This document shows positions 38,613 through 48,455 of a stretch of DNA of 64,000 bases, piece after piece. The first letter of the stretch is position 1; each line of letters begins with the position of its first letter. The stretch comes from an uncultured Gammaproteobacteria bacterium. Lineage in GTDB: Bacteria > Patescibacteriota > Patescibacteriia > UBA11705 > JABHMO01. A program made the translations under genes and the position numbers. Under the pieces are notes generated by a model, which was given only the letters and a program-made list of their open reading frames with translations, was not told where the DNA came from and ran no database searches. The stretch is from contig CAZPYM010000002.1 of assembly GCA_964590105.1 (NCBI GenBank), positions 26,697 to 90,696 of the forward strand. The letters are read 5' to 3'.

Positions 38613-39116
38613 TTATTTCTTGCTTTCAACCTTCAATTTATAGCTATTGGCCGCGCAGATCGCCGTAGCCAAGGCGTCAGCCGCATCATCCGGTTTTGGA
38701 ATCTGTTTTAAATTGAGCAAAGCTTTTACCATTTGCTGCATTTGACCTTTTTCCGCCCGGCCATAGCCGGTTATTGCCTGTTTTATCTGCAGCGGAGTAA
38801 ATTCAACCACCTCTTTTCCCGCTTCAACCGCGGTCAGGAGAATTACACCACGCGCCTGCCCGACTTTAAGCGCGGTTTTAACGTTTTTAAAGAAAAACAG
38901 CTCTTCCACCGCCACCAAATCCGGCTGATATTTTTTTATTATTGATTTCAAATCCTTACTTAAATATTTCAGCCGCTGAATAAATTCATCCTCCTGTCCG
39001 GTTTTAATCACGCCATAATCCAGGCATTTCATTTTTGAACCCTCAACTTCAATCACGCCGAAACCGGTTAGACCGTAACCAGGGTCAATTCCGAGGATTG
39101 TGCGTTGCTTTCGCAT
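38613..39116 (-). CDS. ruvC: Holliday junction resolvase RuvC
   Basis: ILGIDPG, VEELFF, GQARG, PDDAADALA. Confidence 0.97.
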   Translation of the reverse strand: MRKQRTILGIDPGYGLTGFGVIEVEGSKMKCLDYGVIKTGQEDEFIQRLKYLSKDLKSIIKKYQPDLVAVEELFFFKNVKTALKVGQARGVILLTAVEAGKEVVEFTPLQIKQAITGYGRAEKGQMQQMVKALLNLKQIPKPDDAADALATAICAANSYKLKVESKK

Positions 39117-39227
39117 ACAAATAGTTCAGCAAGCTAGCAAGCAAGCGCCTAAGTAAGGGTTCAAGATTTTGAACTCTGACACAAGCGCCACAGGCACAAT
39201 CGCTTATCTCGCTAGATTGCTTTCTCG

Positions 39228-39944
39228 TTAATCCACGTTAACATAAACTGAATTAATATCGTCTTGCTCTTCCAGTATTTCAACAATATTCTGAATTTTT
39301 TCACTGATTTCATCACTCGCGCTTTGCTTTTCCTTTGCCACCCATTCCATTTCAGCGTATGCTAATTTTAAACTCTTTTGCTCAAGCTGTTTTTTAATTT
39401 TTTCAAAATTGGCGAACCCGGAATAAATTGTCAGTCCGCCATCTTCTTCCATAACATCATCCGCGCCGCTGTCAATCAATTCCAAAATCAGTTCATCTTT
39501 ATCTTTTATTTGATCACCCTGTAAATGAATTACCCCCTTGTGTTCAAACATCCATTTGACTGAATTTTGCGCGCCGAGCGAACCGCCATATTTTGACAAA
39601 ATCGCTCTGACTTCCGGAGTCGTGCGATTTTTGTTGTCGGTAACGCCCTCGACGAGAATGGCAATTCCGCCCGGTCCGAATCCTTCATACAAAACCTCTT
39701 CAATTATAGCTCCGCCCAATTCCCCCGTACCTCTTTTGACTGCCTTTTCGATATTGTCTTTCGGCATGTTGACACTTTTGGCTTTTTCAATGGCGGTAAA
39801 CAAAGAAAAGTTCATTTCCGGATCACCACCCCTTTTCGCGGCAATTGAAATATTGTGCGACAACTTGGTAAAAGCATTCGCCCTCTTGGAATCAACCGCG
39901 TCTTTGCGGCGTTTGGTTGTTGCCCATTTGGAATGACCGGACAT
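39228..39944 (-). CDS. yebC: YebC/PmpR family protein
   Basis: MSGHSKW, YEGFGPGG, TDNKNRT; adjacent to ruvC. Confidence 0.97.
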   Translation of the reverse strand: MSGHSKWATTKRRKDAVDSKRANAFTKLSHNISIAAKRGGDPEMNFSLFTAIEKAKSVNMPKDNIEKAVKRGTGELGGAIIEEVLYEGFGPGGIAILVEGVTDNKNRTTPEVRAILSKYGGSLGAQNSVKWMFEHKGVIHLQGDQIKDKDELILELIDSGADDVMEEDGGLTIYSGFANFEKIKKQLEQKSLKLAYAEMEWVAKEKQSASDEISEKIQNIVEILEEQDDINSVYVNVD

Positions 39945-39955
39945 ACGATTTAGAA

Positions 39956-40033
39956 AAATTACAAATTATGCGCCCAAGGCGCATCCGCCCATGGCGGACA
40001 AATAACAAATTACAAACAATAAAGCGGAAATTA
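39956..40033 (+). repeat. 78-bp double-hairpin repeat, copy 1
   Basis: aaattacaaatta-TGCGCCcaaGGCGCA-TCCGCCcatGGCGGA-caaataacaaattacaaacaataaagcggaaatta. Confidence 0.9.
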
Positions 40034-40313
40034 TAAAAAATAGTCAATATTCCAAACGTTTGTGACTTATCGCCAATATTCATTACTTAACTTATTTAAC
40101 GCAACAATAATACCAAATCCGACGGAAAAAATCAAGGCAAAAAGCCGCTCAATAAAAACATGCTCCATATCCAATTTCCAACTTCCAAACAGCTTTCCGC
40201 ATACCGCGTACCAACTTCTAGCCCCAAACTGTGTATAAGTTAATTGCTTTATTAACATACGTTTGATAAGTTAAAAATAAGCGAGTGTGAAATAATTCAA
40301 AACAAAAATAAAT

Positions 40314-41324
40314 ATGGAAGAATTGCGCCGACAATTTGACAAAAGCAATCTTCACGAGATAATCGCCGATCTGCCAAAGCAATTTAATCAAGCTTTTAAA
40401 GAAATTGAAGTTAAAATAAATTCCGATACAAAAAAAATTATTTTCTGCGGGCTGGGCGGATCCGCTCTGCCGGCCAATTTGCTGAAAACTTTTTTATCAG
40501 TCACAAAATCATCTTTTAATATTCCCATAAAAATCAACCGCGACTATACTCTGCCTAATCTTGTTGACCAGAGCTGGTGCGGTTTTTTTGATTCCTATTC
40601 CGGAAACACGGAAGAAACTCTGGCCGCGCTGGCAGAAGCTGCAGCCCGCGGAATGAAACAAATAATAATTCTGGCGCATACCGGAAAGCTCAAGCAAATT
40701 GCGCTTGAAAAAGGCTACCAGCTGATCGAATTGCCGGACACGAGCCAGCCTAGGATGTCATATGGCTACGTTGTCGGTGCCATGCTCAAAGTTTTTCAAA
40801 ATTCAGGACTGCTTGATTTAAATATTCCCGAACTAAGCAAGGACATTGAAGCGGCATTATCAATTAATTCTGAAGTTGAAGAGCAGGGTCAAATGCTCGC
40901 TGAATCAATCAAGGGAAAAGTTCCGATTATCTATACTTCAAATATCTGGAAGTATGTGGCCATGGTCTGGAAAATAAATTTTAATGAAAACACCAAAACG
41001 CAGAGCTTTTGGAATGTTTTTCCGGAATTAAATCACAATGAAATGGTCGGTTACACCAATTTAGTTGGCGAATACAAAGTAATAATAATAAAAGATCTAT
41101 CCGATCATCCTCGCGTCCAGAAACGAATGGACATATTTGAAAATATTTTGGGCGATAAATTAAATGCTCAAATTATAACCATGCGCGGCGGATCGCCTTT
41201 TTACAAATTATTAACTTCACTCATGCTGGGACTCTGGAGCGCCTATTATCTCGCCTTGCTAAATCAAGTCGATCCAACGCCCGTTGACTTGGTGGAAGAA
41301 TTCAAAAAACTAATGACGGATTAA
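40314..41324 (+). CDS. bifunctional phosphoglucose/phosphomannose isomerase (SIS domain)
   Basis: GLGGSA, SYSGNTEET, QPR, NENTK, PELNHNE, VDPTPV. Confidence 0.92.
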   Translation: MEELRRQFDKSNLHEIIADLPKQFNQAFKEIEVKINSDTKKIIFCGLGGSALPANLLKTFLSVTKSSFNIPIKINRDYTLPNLVDQSWCGFFDSYSGNTEETLAALAEAAARGMKQIIILAHTGKLKQIALEKGYQLIELPDTSQPRMSYGYVVGAMLKVFQNSGLLDLNIPELSKDIEAALSINSEVEEQGQMLAESIKGKVPIIYTSNIWKYVAMVWKINFNENTKTQSFWNVFPELNHNEMVGYTNLVGEYKVIIIKDLSDHPRVQKRMDIFENILGDKLNAQIITMRGGSPFYKLLTSLMLGLWSAYYLALLNQVDPTPVDLVEEFKKLMTD

Positions 41325-41340
41325 GTTGCCCATTGAAAAC

Positions 41341-41440
41341 TTGTCCCAAAGGTATCCTCTTGTGATAGTTTGTAATTTCCGCTTTATTGTTTGTCCCGAA
41401 GGGCTCCTCTTGTGCTAATTTGTAATTTCCGCTTTATTGT
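41341..41440 (+). repeat. 50-bp tandem duplication
   Basis: ttgtcccaaaggtatcctcttgtgatagtttgtaatttccgctttattgt followed by ttgtcccgaagggctcctcttgtgctaatttgtaatttccgctttattgt. Confidence 0.9.
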
Positions 41441-41500
41441 TTGTAATTTGTTATTGGTCCGCCATAGGCGGATGCGCCTTGGGCGCACAATTTGTAATTT
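41423..41500 (-). repeat. 78-bp double-hairpin repeat, copy 2 (inverted)
   Basis: Reverse complement matches 39956-40033 at 75/78 positions. Confidence 0.9.
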
Positions 41501-41613
41501 ACTGTTTGTCAGGGGGCTCACGCCTCTTTTCAATATACCAAAAGCTGCCCTTATCCATGCTTGAAGGGCAGCTTTTTTATTTACGCTAATTTAATTTCTA
41601 ATTAAACCCTTAA

Positions 41614-42015
41614 CTAATTACCCGTTGTGGCGTCAAGCAATGAAGTGATCACAAAGTTAGTAATAGCGTAAGCCGCCAAAATTATAGCGAGGCCAATCAC
41701 CGCGTTGGTCAGCCACTGCTTAGCCTTGGTGACATCCTCAGGATTGCCTCCTGCCGTCATCCACAGGAATCCGGCGTATATTACGATAACAATCACAACC
41801 ACGCCAAGAAAAGTTAAAACAACTTTTATTATATTTCCGACCATCTCAGGCAATGGCGTCGGATCTTCCGTGTCATATGCGGTTCCACCTACACTATTTA
41901 AGTTATTCGTTAACTCCGTTTTGAAATCAGTTGCTGCCACCGGCTGGGCCGTCAGTGATATCATAAAACTACTGACAAGCACGAGCATTAAACAAAGCGC
42001 AATAATATTTTTCAT
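41614..42015 (-). CDS. T4SS/TrbC-VirB2-like pilin
   Basis: Signal peptide; YAGFLWMTAGGNPEDVTKAKQWLTNAVIGLAIILAAY. Confidence 0.88.
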   Translation of the reverse strand: MKNIIALCLMLVLVSSFMISLTAQPVAATDFKTELTNNLNSVGGTAYDTEDPTPLPEMVGNIIKVVLTFLGVVVIVIVIYAGFLWMTAGGNPEDVTKAKQWLTNAVIGLAIILAAYAITNFVITSLLDATTGN

Positions 42016-42035
42016 AAATTTTTCCGAATTACTTG

Positions 42036-42491
42036 TTATATAAATATTGAATTAATGAGCGCGCTAACGCCGGTAGCAACAGTTAATTTGTCCACTACAA
42101 AATAAGTAATCGCATAGGCGGCAAGAGCAATACCCAGCCCGATCACAGCCTGCGACAGCATGTCTTTTGCTTTGGTGACTCTTTCAGGATTACCACCAGC
42201 CGTCATCCACATTATACCGCTATAAATAACTAAAACAAGTAAAATAATTCCAAGTAAAACTAAAATCACTTTGATCGCCGCGCCAACTATAGTGGGTAAA
42301 TCCTTGTTCGGAACACCGCCGGCCGCTGACGCTCCCATGCCTTCGCCGGCTTTGCCAAGAGTGGAGGTGATTGAATCTGTACTGGCAGGAGCAGGCGGCG
42401 CAGCCTGTACGACAGCAATCCCGCAAAATATAAATACCATTGAGGCCAAAACTCCGATGCTAATCAATTTTTTAAAATTTGTTACAGTCAT
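42036..42491 (-). CDS. T4SS/TrbC-VirB2-like pilin
   Basis: YSGIMWMTAGGNPERVTKAKDMLSQAVIGL. Confidence 0.88.
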   Translation of the reverse strand: MTVTNFKKLISIGVLASMVFIFCGIAVVQAAPPAPASTDSITSTLGKAGEGMGASAAGGVPNKDLPTIVGAAIKVILVLLGIILLVLVIYSGIMWMTAGGNPERVTKAKDMLSQAVIGLGIALAAYAITYFVVDKLTVATGVSALINSIFI

Positions 42492-42536
42492 ATTATTTTT
42501 AATTTATTAATTTCCAGCAAAATTCATTCCCCTTTA

Positions 42537-42593
42537 TAATTTGTTATTTGTCCGCCATAGGCGGATGCGCTTTGGGCGCATAATTTGTAATTT
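42537..42593 (-). repeat. double-hairpin repeat, copy 3 (partial)
   Basis: taatttgttatttg-tccgccataggcgga-tgcgctttgggcgca-taatttgtaattt. Confidence 0.88.
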
Positions 42594-42595
42594 CC

Positions 42596-43000
42596 TTATT
42601 CCACCCCGACCGCGCTGGTCATTGCCTTAACCACGTAATATGTAATCGCATATGCCGCCATGGTCACCGTCAAGCCGATCGCGCCATCTATGATCATGCC
42701 CCTGCCTTTGGTCACTCCCTCAGGAGCGCCCGCGGCCGTCATCCAAGTTACGCCACCGTAAACAACGATTATCAAAAATATGATCCCGGCCACGCTGACC
42801 AAAACCCCGATCGCTTTACCAATCACGCCCGCCGGATCAACTTTGTCGGTTTTTAATCCCGCCGGCCCAGCTGAGGTTTCAAGCCCTTTGAGCGCCTTGG
42901 CAGTTGCTTTTTCATTGGCCATGACCCCGTCCGCAACTAATACAAAATTAATCGTAAAAAACGAGATGAATAACAAACAAATTAATAATTTTTTAAACAT
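42596..43000 (-). CDS. T4SS/TrbC-VirB2-like pilin
   Basis: YGGVTWMTAAGAPEGVTKGRGMIIDGAIGL. Confidence 0.85.
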   Translation of the reverse strand: MFKKLLICLLFISFFTINFVLVADGVMANEKATAKALKGLETSAGPAGLKTDKVDPAGVIGKAIGVLVSVAGIIFLIIVVYGGVTWMTAAGAPEGVTKGRGMIIDGAIGLTVTMAAYAITYYVVKAMTSAVGVE

Positions 43001-43007
43001 AATAAAT

Positions 43008-43406
43008 TTAATTTACTGTAGTTCCAATTTTTTCAATCACATAATGCGTAACCTGATAGGCCATGAGGGTCACCAGCAGACCGATGGCGCCATGGATCAG
43101 GGTATTGCGCGCTTTTGTTACATTTTCAGGATTGCCGCCGGAAGTCAGCCAAGTAATACCACCGTACAAAACAACGATCATGAAAATTATTCCCAAAAAG
43201 CTGACCGCCATGCCAACATATTTTCCAATTATATATTCCAATGTTGGCGTATCAGCCCCTTCAACTGCCAGCCCGGACATCTTGGCGGCCTTGTCCAGCC
43301 CGCCGGCTAGACTGGTCGTATCTCCGGCCAGCACAACGGAAAAACAAAAAAAACTTCCAATTGCCAGCAAAATAATAAGTATTAGAATTGAATGTGTATT
43401 TTTCAT
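43008..43406 (-). CDS. T4SS/TrbC-VirB2-like pilin
   Basis: YGGITWLTSGGNPENVTKARNTLIHGAIGL. Confidence 0.85.
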   Translation of the reverse strand: MKNTHSILILIILLAIGSFFCFSVVLAGDTTSLAGGLDKAAKMSGLAVEGADTPTLEYIIGKYVGMAVSFLGIIFMIVVLYGGITWLTSGGNPENVTKARNTLIHGAIGLLVTLMAYQVTHYVIEKIGTTVN

Positions 43407-43487
43407 AGCTGATTCCCCGCCACTATAAAGCTGGTGGAAATACTTTCAACTTTTCCCTTTTCCATTTTCCCTTTTCCCTTTCAACTT

Positions 43488-43880
43488 CTACTCAACTGTC
43501 GCCGCCATTAAACTAGTCAGAACAAACCTGGTAATAGCGTAAGCAGAAAGAATAATAATTAGGCCAACAATTCCGGACATGATATATCCCGTAGCCTCCT
43601 TGGCTTTTTCATCACTGCCGCCAGCCACCATAAACTTGAATCCTCCGACCAGAATAAGCACAATGGCCACTATGCCAAGAAATCCCAAAACCACATTGAT
43701 GAGCGCGCCCGCGGTTTCCTTGAGGTCCCGATCTCCTAGTTCTGTCTGAATTTCCACATTGCTTAGCCCATACAATTCACCATTATCAGCCAAAACAGCA
43801 GAAGAGTAAAAAAAACTTCCCATTACAAGTAATATAAAAATGGCTAAAAGTGAACGCGCATTTTTCATACTTCTCATCAA
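43488..43880 (-). CDS. T4SS/TrbC-VirB2-like pilin
   Basis: GGFKFMVAGGSDEKAKEATGYIMSGIVGL; true start probably MKNARS. Confidence 0.85.
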   Translation of the reverse strand: MMRSMKNARSLLAIFILLVMGSFFYSSAVLADNGELYGLSNVEIQTELGDRDLKETAGALINVVLGFLGIVAIVLILVGGFKFMVAGGSDEKAKEATGYIMSGIVGLIIILSAYAITRFVLTSLMAATVE

Positions 43881-43953
43881 GCAACTATTGCCTGAATAAT
43901 TATTTAATGAGAACCGGGCAGGAGGAATACCCCCCCTGCCCGCAGATTCTTTT

Positions 43954-44349
43954 TTATTCAGTTGTTGCCGTCATTAAGCTGTCCAAGACAAAACTGGTAA
44001 TGGCGTAAGCCGCGAGAATTATTGCCAGGCCGATAATACCATTGATAATGTATTTCTTGGCCTCATCAGTTTTCTCTGCTGCGCCTCCGGCTGTCATATA
44101 CTTAAAGCCGCCCATCAACACGATCACAATAGCTACTACTCCCAAGAATCCCAAAATCACACTTATAACTGAGCCGATCGTTGCCTTTAGATCCTGTTTT
44201 CCAAGACCTAACTCCCCCATGTCCTCAAGGCCATATATAGCATCCCCCTCATTATCACCAGCTAAAACCGGCAAAGCCACTGTCATCGCCATCAAGAGAA
44301 AAAGGCAGACGCCTGTAATCATCTTGATTTTTTTGTTGTCTAAATACAT
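43954..44349 (-). CDS. T4SS/TrbC-VirB2-like pilin
   Basis: GGFKYMTAGGAAEKTDEAKKYIINGIIGL. Confidence 0.88.
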   Translation of the reverse strand: MYLDNKKIKMITGVCLFLLMAMTVALPVLAGDNEGDAIYGLEDMGELGLGKQDLKATIGSVISVILGFLGVVAIVIVLMGGFKYMTAGGAAEKTDEAKKYIINGIIGLAIILAAYAITSFVLDSLMTATTE

Positions 44350-44390
44350 GTGCGTTTCAATTAATTATTAATTAGTTTATATTTAAATTT

Positions 44391-45179
44391 TTAACCCCAG
44401 AAATCTAAATTTCCAATAATATAACCAACAATGATGTAACTGATAAAAATCACAAACAAACCCAGCGCCGCCCAGATCATAGATTTTTCCGCCGTGTCAA
44501 TTTTCTTTGACTCGCCCATAGCAGTCATCCACATTATACCACTATAGATGAAAACTATCAAAGCGATTGAACCGATTATCCCCAAGAGCAGGCTGACAGC
44601 ATTACCAGCCAAGACTGAAACATCATCGGTCTTGACCATCTCGCCCGGAAAAGTTGAATCAACCTTGGCAATGGCGTCTTTTACCGCTTGTTCTGCTGAT
44701 GGACCGGATAGCGCCGGAGCGGGTACCGTAGCTCCACCGCTTGGAAGGGTGGCAGAACCGGTTCCTCCTACGGCAGCGCCAGCAGGGGCGACTGTTTCTT
44801 CCACTTCCTTTACGTTAGTCAGTGTGCAAGTCGCACTCACTGTAACTCCTGGAATTTTTGGCAGGATGCTCGTATTGCAGTCTGCTTCCTTGACATCGGT
44901 TTTAGAATAAGTGCAATCACAATTAGGATCAGCCCACGTACAATTAGCAGCGTTAACAAAGTCTACACAAATTTGCTTGTTTGCTGCACTCAAAGCCAGA
45001 CCAAGAATCGTTCCTTCGCATTTTGTGCATGCTGGTTCGTCCACGAGAAAACCAGATAATTTTCCTGCGCAGTCGCAAGTTCCGACCTTTACTTTTACCG
45101 CGCCACTAGCTTGCGGGAAAAAAAATAACATCAAACAGCACAATAATGTCGTCGGGATTATAAGTTTTTTTATTTTCAT
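44391..45179 (-). CDS. pilin with N-terminal Cys-rich domain and Pro/Ala/Gly linker
   Basis: CDC..CTKC..C..C..CDC..C..C, then YSGIMWMTAMGESKKIDTAEKSMIWAALGL. Confidence 0.8.
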   Translation of the reverse strand: MKIKKLIIPTTLLCCLMLFFFPQASGAVKVKVGTCDCAGKLSGFLVDEPACTKCEGTILGLALSAANKQICVDFVNAANCTWADPNCDCTYSKTDVKEADCNTSILPKIPGVTVSATCTLTNVKEVEETVAPAGAAVGGTGSATLPSGGATVPAPALSGPSAEQAVKDAIAKVDSTFPGEMVKTDDVSVLAGNAVSLLLGIIGSIALIVFIYSGIMWMTAMGESKKIDTAEKSMIWAALGLFVIFISYIIVGYIIGNLDFWG

Positions 45180-45182
45180 AGT

Positions 45183-45551
45183 TTATGTTACTCCTGATAA
45201 TTTCCCAATCAAAATTTTGATGATAACGCCGGCCAGTAAAATTATCGCCAGCCCGATCACCGCGTTACTTAGAATACCTGTGGCTGTCTTGATTCTACCT
45301 GACGCGCCGCCGGAAGTCATATACATGACTCCGCCTATTACAAACATGAGTAGAGCCAGTGATCCAGAAATTCCAAGAATAATCTGAGCCACAGTAGCAA
45401 TTGTTTGCTCCACCGCGCTCAAATTGCACTCCTTCACGTCAGCATCTCCGGCGCAGGAGCTCGGTACGATCGACGGAAAAGCCATGGCCGCGTGTCCGGC
45501 TATTAAACCAAAACAAATAAGAATAATTATGAATATTATATTTTTTCTCAT
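45183..45551 (-). CDS. T4SS/TrbC-VirB2-like pilin
   Basis: GGVMYMTSGGASGRIKTATGILSNAVIGLAIIL. Confidence 0.85.
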   Translation of the reverse strand: MRKNIIFIIILICFGLIAGHAAMAFPSIVPSSCAGDADVKECNLSAVEQTIATVAQIILGISGSLALLMFVIGGVMYMTSGGASGRIKTATGILSNAVIGLAIILLAGVIIKILIGKLSGVT

Positions 45552-46957
45552 AATTTTTTGAGGTAAGAATAATTCATTTTTTCAGCCGCCTGCTTCAAAG
45601 CATCCTTGCTGGTCAGCCCTCCGGACAAAGTCGCATTCACCATATCGGAAAAAATTTGTTCCGCGGCCGCCGGGCTTTCCCCGCGATACCAGCTTTTGGC
45701 GGTTAATATCTGGTCGGCAAAAACAGCCAAATCATCGTCTGCCAGCTGTGCATTGATTAATTTGGTTGAACGCAGAGCCGTGGCTTTTTTTGATTTGTCC
45801 AAATATGTTACTACATTTTTCTCATCAGCCATGAACTGCACAAAATCCCAGACATAATCTTTTATCTTGGTTTTATTTGACACTGCCTCAACCCAATAAT
45901 TAGCATAATTAACTTTTTGGTTTTGTCCGACCTGGGGCACTGGCGCTATGCCAAAGTTCAATTTTGGCGCCTGCGCCAGGATCTGCTCGCGATCATAGGC
46001 ATAGCCAAAGAAATAGGCCGCTTTACCGTTTATAAAAGCTTCAAGCGAACCCGGCATTTTGTCATTCCAACAATATCCTTCATAAAGAGGGGAAGCGAAT
46101 TGGACATAATACTCAAGCGCGCCAAGACCCGGCGCGGATGCCAGGCCGGAAACCTGCTTTGGCATTTTGTCAAAAGTAACAGTACCTGATTCGTCAATCA
46201 TTGGCGCCAGATTCTGCATCATTAGAAGCGACAAAATATCAAAACTTCTAGCAACATTCGTTGCGGTTCCCATGGCCGCGCCGGAAACTAAAATTTCGCC
46301 GGTTGATTCATCTATCTTGGTAATTTTTTTTACCTGCTCCTGAAAATCAGTCCAAGTCGCCGGCGGCTCGGCAATGCCAGCGTTATTCAATAAATCATTA
46401 TTATAATACATCACCAAAGTATCCATATTAAGTGGCAGACCCCAGACCTGTTCGTTTCTATCTTCGTCATTAATAATCACATCATCAGCAACCACTTGTA
46501 AAAACTTTTTTCTAACGTCACCGGCTGTTAAAGATTTTTTGGTTACAAATTCCACCACCTCTTCTTTTTTCACGCTTCCCTTCATGTATTTTATCGGGGT
46601 CACGGTTTTTGGCGGCATGGGCAATAACTTTGTCTGATAGCGCGGCAACCAGGTGTTGTGAAGCGACATAATGTCAGGACCCCGGTCCTCGGCCAGCGCA
46701 TCAATCAATTCTTTTTCATATTCGTCATAACGCAATTTTCGATATTCGATCGTCACGTTAGGATGAAGTTGTCTATAAGCGCTAATAATATCTTTCACTG
46801 AGCTTTCATTATCAAAAACGCGCCACCAAATAATTTTTTCTTTTTTATAAGCTTTAATCGCGGAGGTATCGCCGCCCTTGGTGCAGGCAGTGGTGGAAAA
46901 AATCAGCCCTACAATCACCATGGCGACAAAAAATATTTTTGTTTTTCGGCTGGCCAT
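45548..46957 (-). CDS. extracellular solute-binding lipoprotein (family 1)
   Basis: Lipobox-like TTAC; GPDI, GLPLNMDTLVMYYN, PATWTDF, FINGKAA. Confidence 0.88.
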   Translation of the reverse strand: MASRKTKIFFVAMVIVGLIFSTTACTKGGDTSAIKAYKKEKIIWWRVFDNESSVKDIISAYRQLHPNVTIEYRKLRYDEYEKELIDALAEDRGPDIMSLHNTWLPRYQTKLLPMPPKTVTPIKYMKGSVKKEEVVEFVTKKSLTAGDVRKKFLQVVADDVIINDEDRNEQVWGLPLNMDTLVMYYNNDLLNNAGIAEPPATWTDFQEQVKKITKIDESTGEILVSGAAMGTATNVARSFDILSLLMMQNLAPMIDESGTVTFDKMPKQVSGLASAPGLGALEYYVQFASPLYEGYCWNDKMPGSLEAFINGKAAYFFGYAYDREQILAQAPKLNFGIAPVPQVGQNQKVNYANYWVEAVSNKTKIKDYVWDFVQFMADEKNVVTYLDKSKKATALRSTKLINAQLADDDLAVFADQILTAKSWYRGESPAAAEQIFSDMVNATLSGGLTSKDALKQAAEKMNYSYLKKL

Positions 46958-46969
46958 ATTTATTTTTTT

Positions 46970-47131
46970 GGAACCTCTGAAAGATATAGATTCGCTACGA
47001 AATTTTCAAATTTTAAAGCGAAAATTGTGAAAAGCGAGGAGGTTTAATAATTAAATTAAGCTGACGAGCTTTTAACAATTTGCAGCTAAAATTTGGAAAT
47101 TGCAGTAGAAGCTATATTTTTCAGAGGTTCC
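46970..47131. repeat. 162-bp imperfect palindrome (MITE-like)
   Basis: ggaacctctgaaagatatag ... ctatatttttcagaggttcc termini; pairing extends inward. Confidence 0.75.
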
Positions 47132-47133
47132 TG

Positions 47134-48003
47134 TTATAAATTTAAACTTTTTAAATATTTTTTAAATTCCTTTTTCAGGTCCGGTCGCTGCAGAGCCAGC
47201 TCAACATTTGCCCGCAAATAGCCCAGCTTGGAACCGGTATCATAATATTTGCCGTTTATTTTCTTGGCGTAGATCGGCCGCTTTTTCGACAGCCCAAAAA
47301 TCGCGTCCACCAGCCAGAGCTCTCCGCCTTTGCCCAGTTTTGTTTTTTCCAATTGTTCGAAAATATCCGGAGTTAAAACAAAGCCGCCAAGCGAGGCCAG
47401 AGTTGACGGCGCTTTTTCCGGTCCCGGCTTTTCCACGATTGATTTAATTTGAATAACGTCTTTCTCAACTTCCACTCCGTCGATTATACCATATTTATTC
47501 GTATCTTGCTTTGAAACTTCGTACGCCGTCAGAACAGGGTCGCCATATTTTTCATAAACATCAATCAACTGTCCCAATTGCGACCTTCCCTTGGTATAAA
47601 AAAACTCATCGCCCCACATTACTGCAAACGGTTCGTCGCCAATCAAATGTTTAGCACAAAGCACCGGCGTGCCGTTGCCGTACGGTCCCTTTTGTCTGAT
47701 ATAAATAAAATTGGCCATGTCCGCGATTCTTTTGACTTCCAACCGCATCTCTTCTTTGCCAATTTTCTTTAGATAATTTTGCAGTTCGTAATTATAACCA
47801 AAATGATCTTCCACCGCCCGCTTGCCCGAACCGGTAACCAAAATAATTGTTTCAATTCCTGCCCTCACAGCATCCTCCACTACGTATTGAACAATCGGCT
47901 TGTCAACAATGGGTAACATTTCTTTTGGCTGGGCTTTTGTGGCGGGCAAAAATCGCGTGCCATAGCCGGCCACGGGAATGATTAATTTTTTTACTGAAGA
48001 CAT
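47134..48003 (-). CDS. galU: UTP-glucose-1-phosphate uridylyltransferase
   Basis: PVAGYGTRFLPATKAQPKEMLPIVDKP, VEKP, YDTGSKLGY. Confidence 0.95.
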   Translation of the reverse strand: MSSVKKLIIPVAGYGTRFLPATKAQPKEMLPIVDKPIVQYVVEDAVRAGIETIILVTGSGKRAVEDHFGYNYELQNYLKKIGKEEMRLEVKRIADMANFIYIRQKGPYGNGTPVLCAKHLIGDEPFAVMWGDEFFYTKGRSQLGQLIDVYEKYGDPVLTAYEVSKQDTNKYGIIDGVEVEKDVIQIKSIVEKPGPEKAPSTLASLGGFVLTPDIFEQLEKTKLGKGGELWLVDAIFGLSKKRPIYAKKINGKYYDTGSKLGYLRANVELALQRPDLKKEFKKYLKSLNL

Positions 48004-48203
48004 AAATTTTTAAATAAATTACAAATTACAAACAATAAAACAGAAAGCACAAAGAAAATTATTCTAATTACTCTAATTATTTTAATTGACCTAAATAAAT
48101 CCCAATGACTCAATTATTCTAAATACTAAATTCGGGATTTGGAACTTAGAAATTATTTAGAATAATTTACCTGATAAATACTCTATGTTCCATGCCCTAT
48201 GCG

Positions 48204-48455
48204 CTATTTAAAGGTCATCGCGCTTTTGGCTTTCTTCAGTTTATACAAGAACTTGCAAAAGATCAGCGCCAGATAAATATTCAAGGCGGCCAAAAGGACA
48301 AAAAAGACTGCCACCAAAATAAACAGGGTCTGCGGATAAATTAAAATCAGAGCCGCCATCGCCGCCCAGATAATCATTTGAATAACAAAATAAATAATAA
48401 ACCAAATCAAAGTATTGCGCGCGTGGCTGTATAAACTTTCTACAAGATGCAACAT
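48204..48455 (-). CDS. small membrane protein
   Basis: Two long hydrophobic segments with a basic tail. Confidence 0.65.
   Translation of the reverse strand: MLHLVESLYSHARNTLIWFIIYFVIQMIIWAAMAALILIYPQTLFILVAVFFVLLAALNIYLALIFCKFLYKLKKAKSAMTFK

Noticed and set aside
40067-40258. 63-aa - strand ORF between yebC and PGI/PMI
   Set aside because: No recognisable motif or start signal; may be a fragment but cannot be supported
39956-42593. Repeats as a CRISPR array
   Set aside because: Only three dispersed copies in mixed orientation, separated by whole genes; no regular spacers and no cas genes
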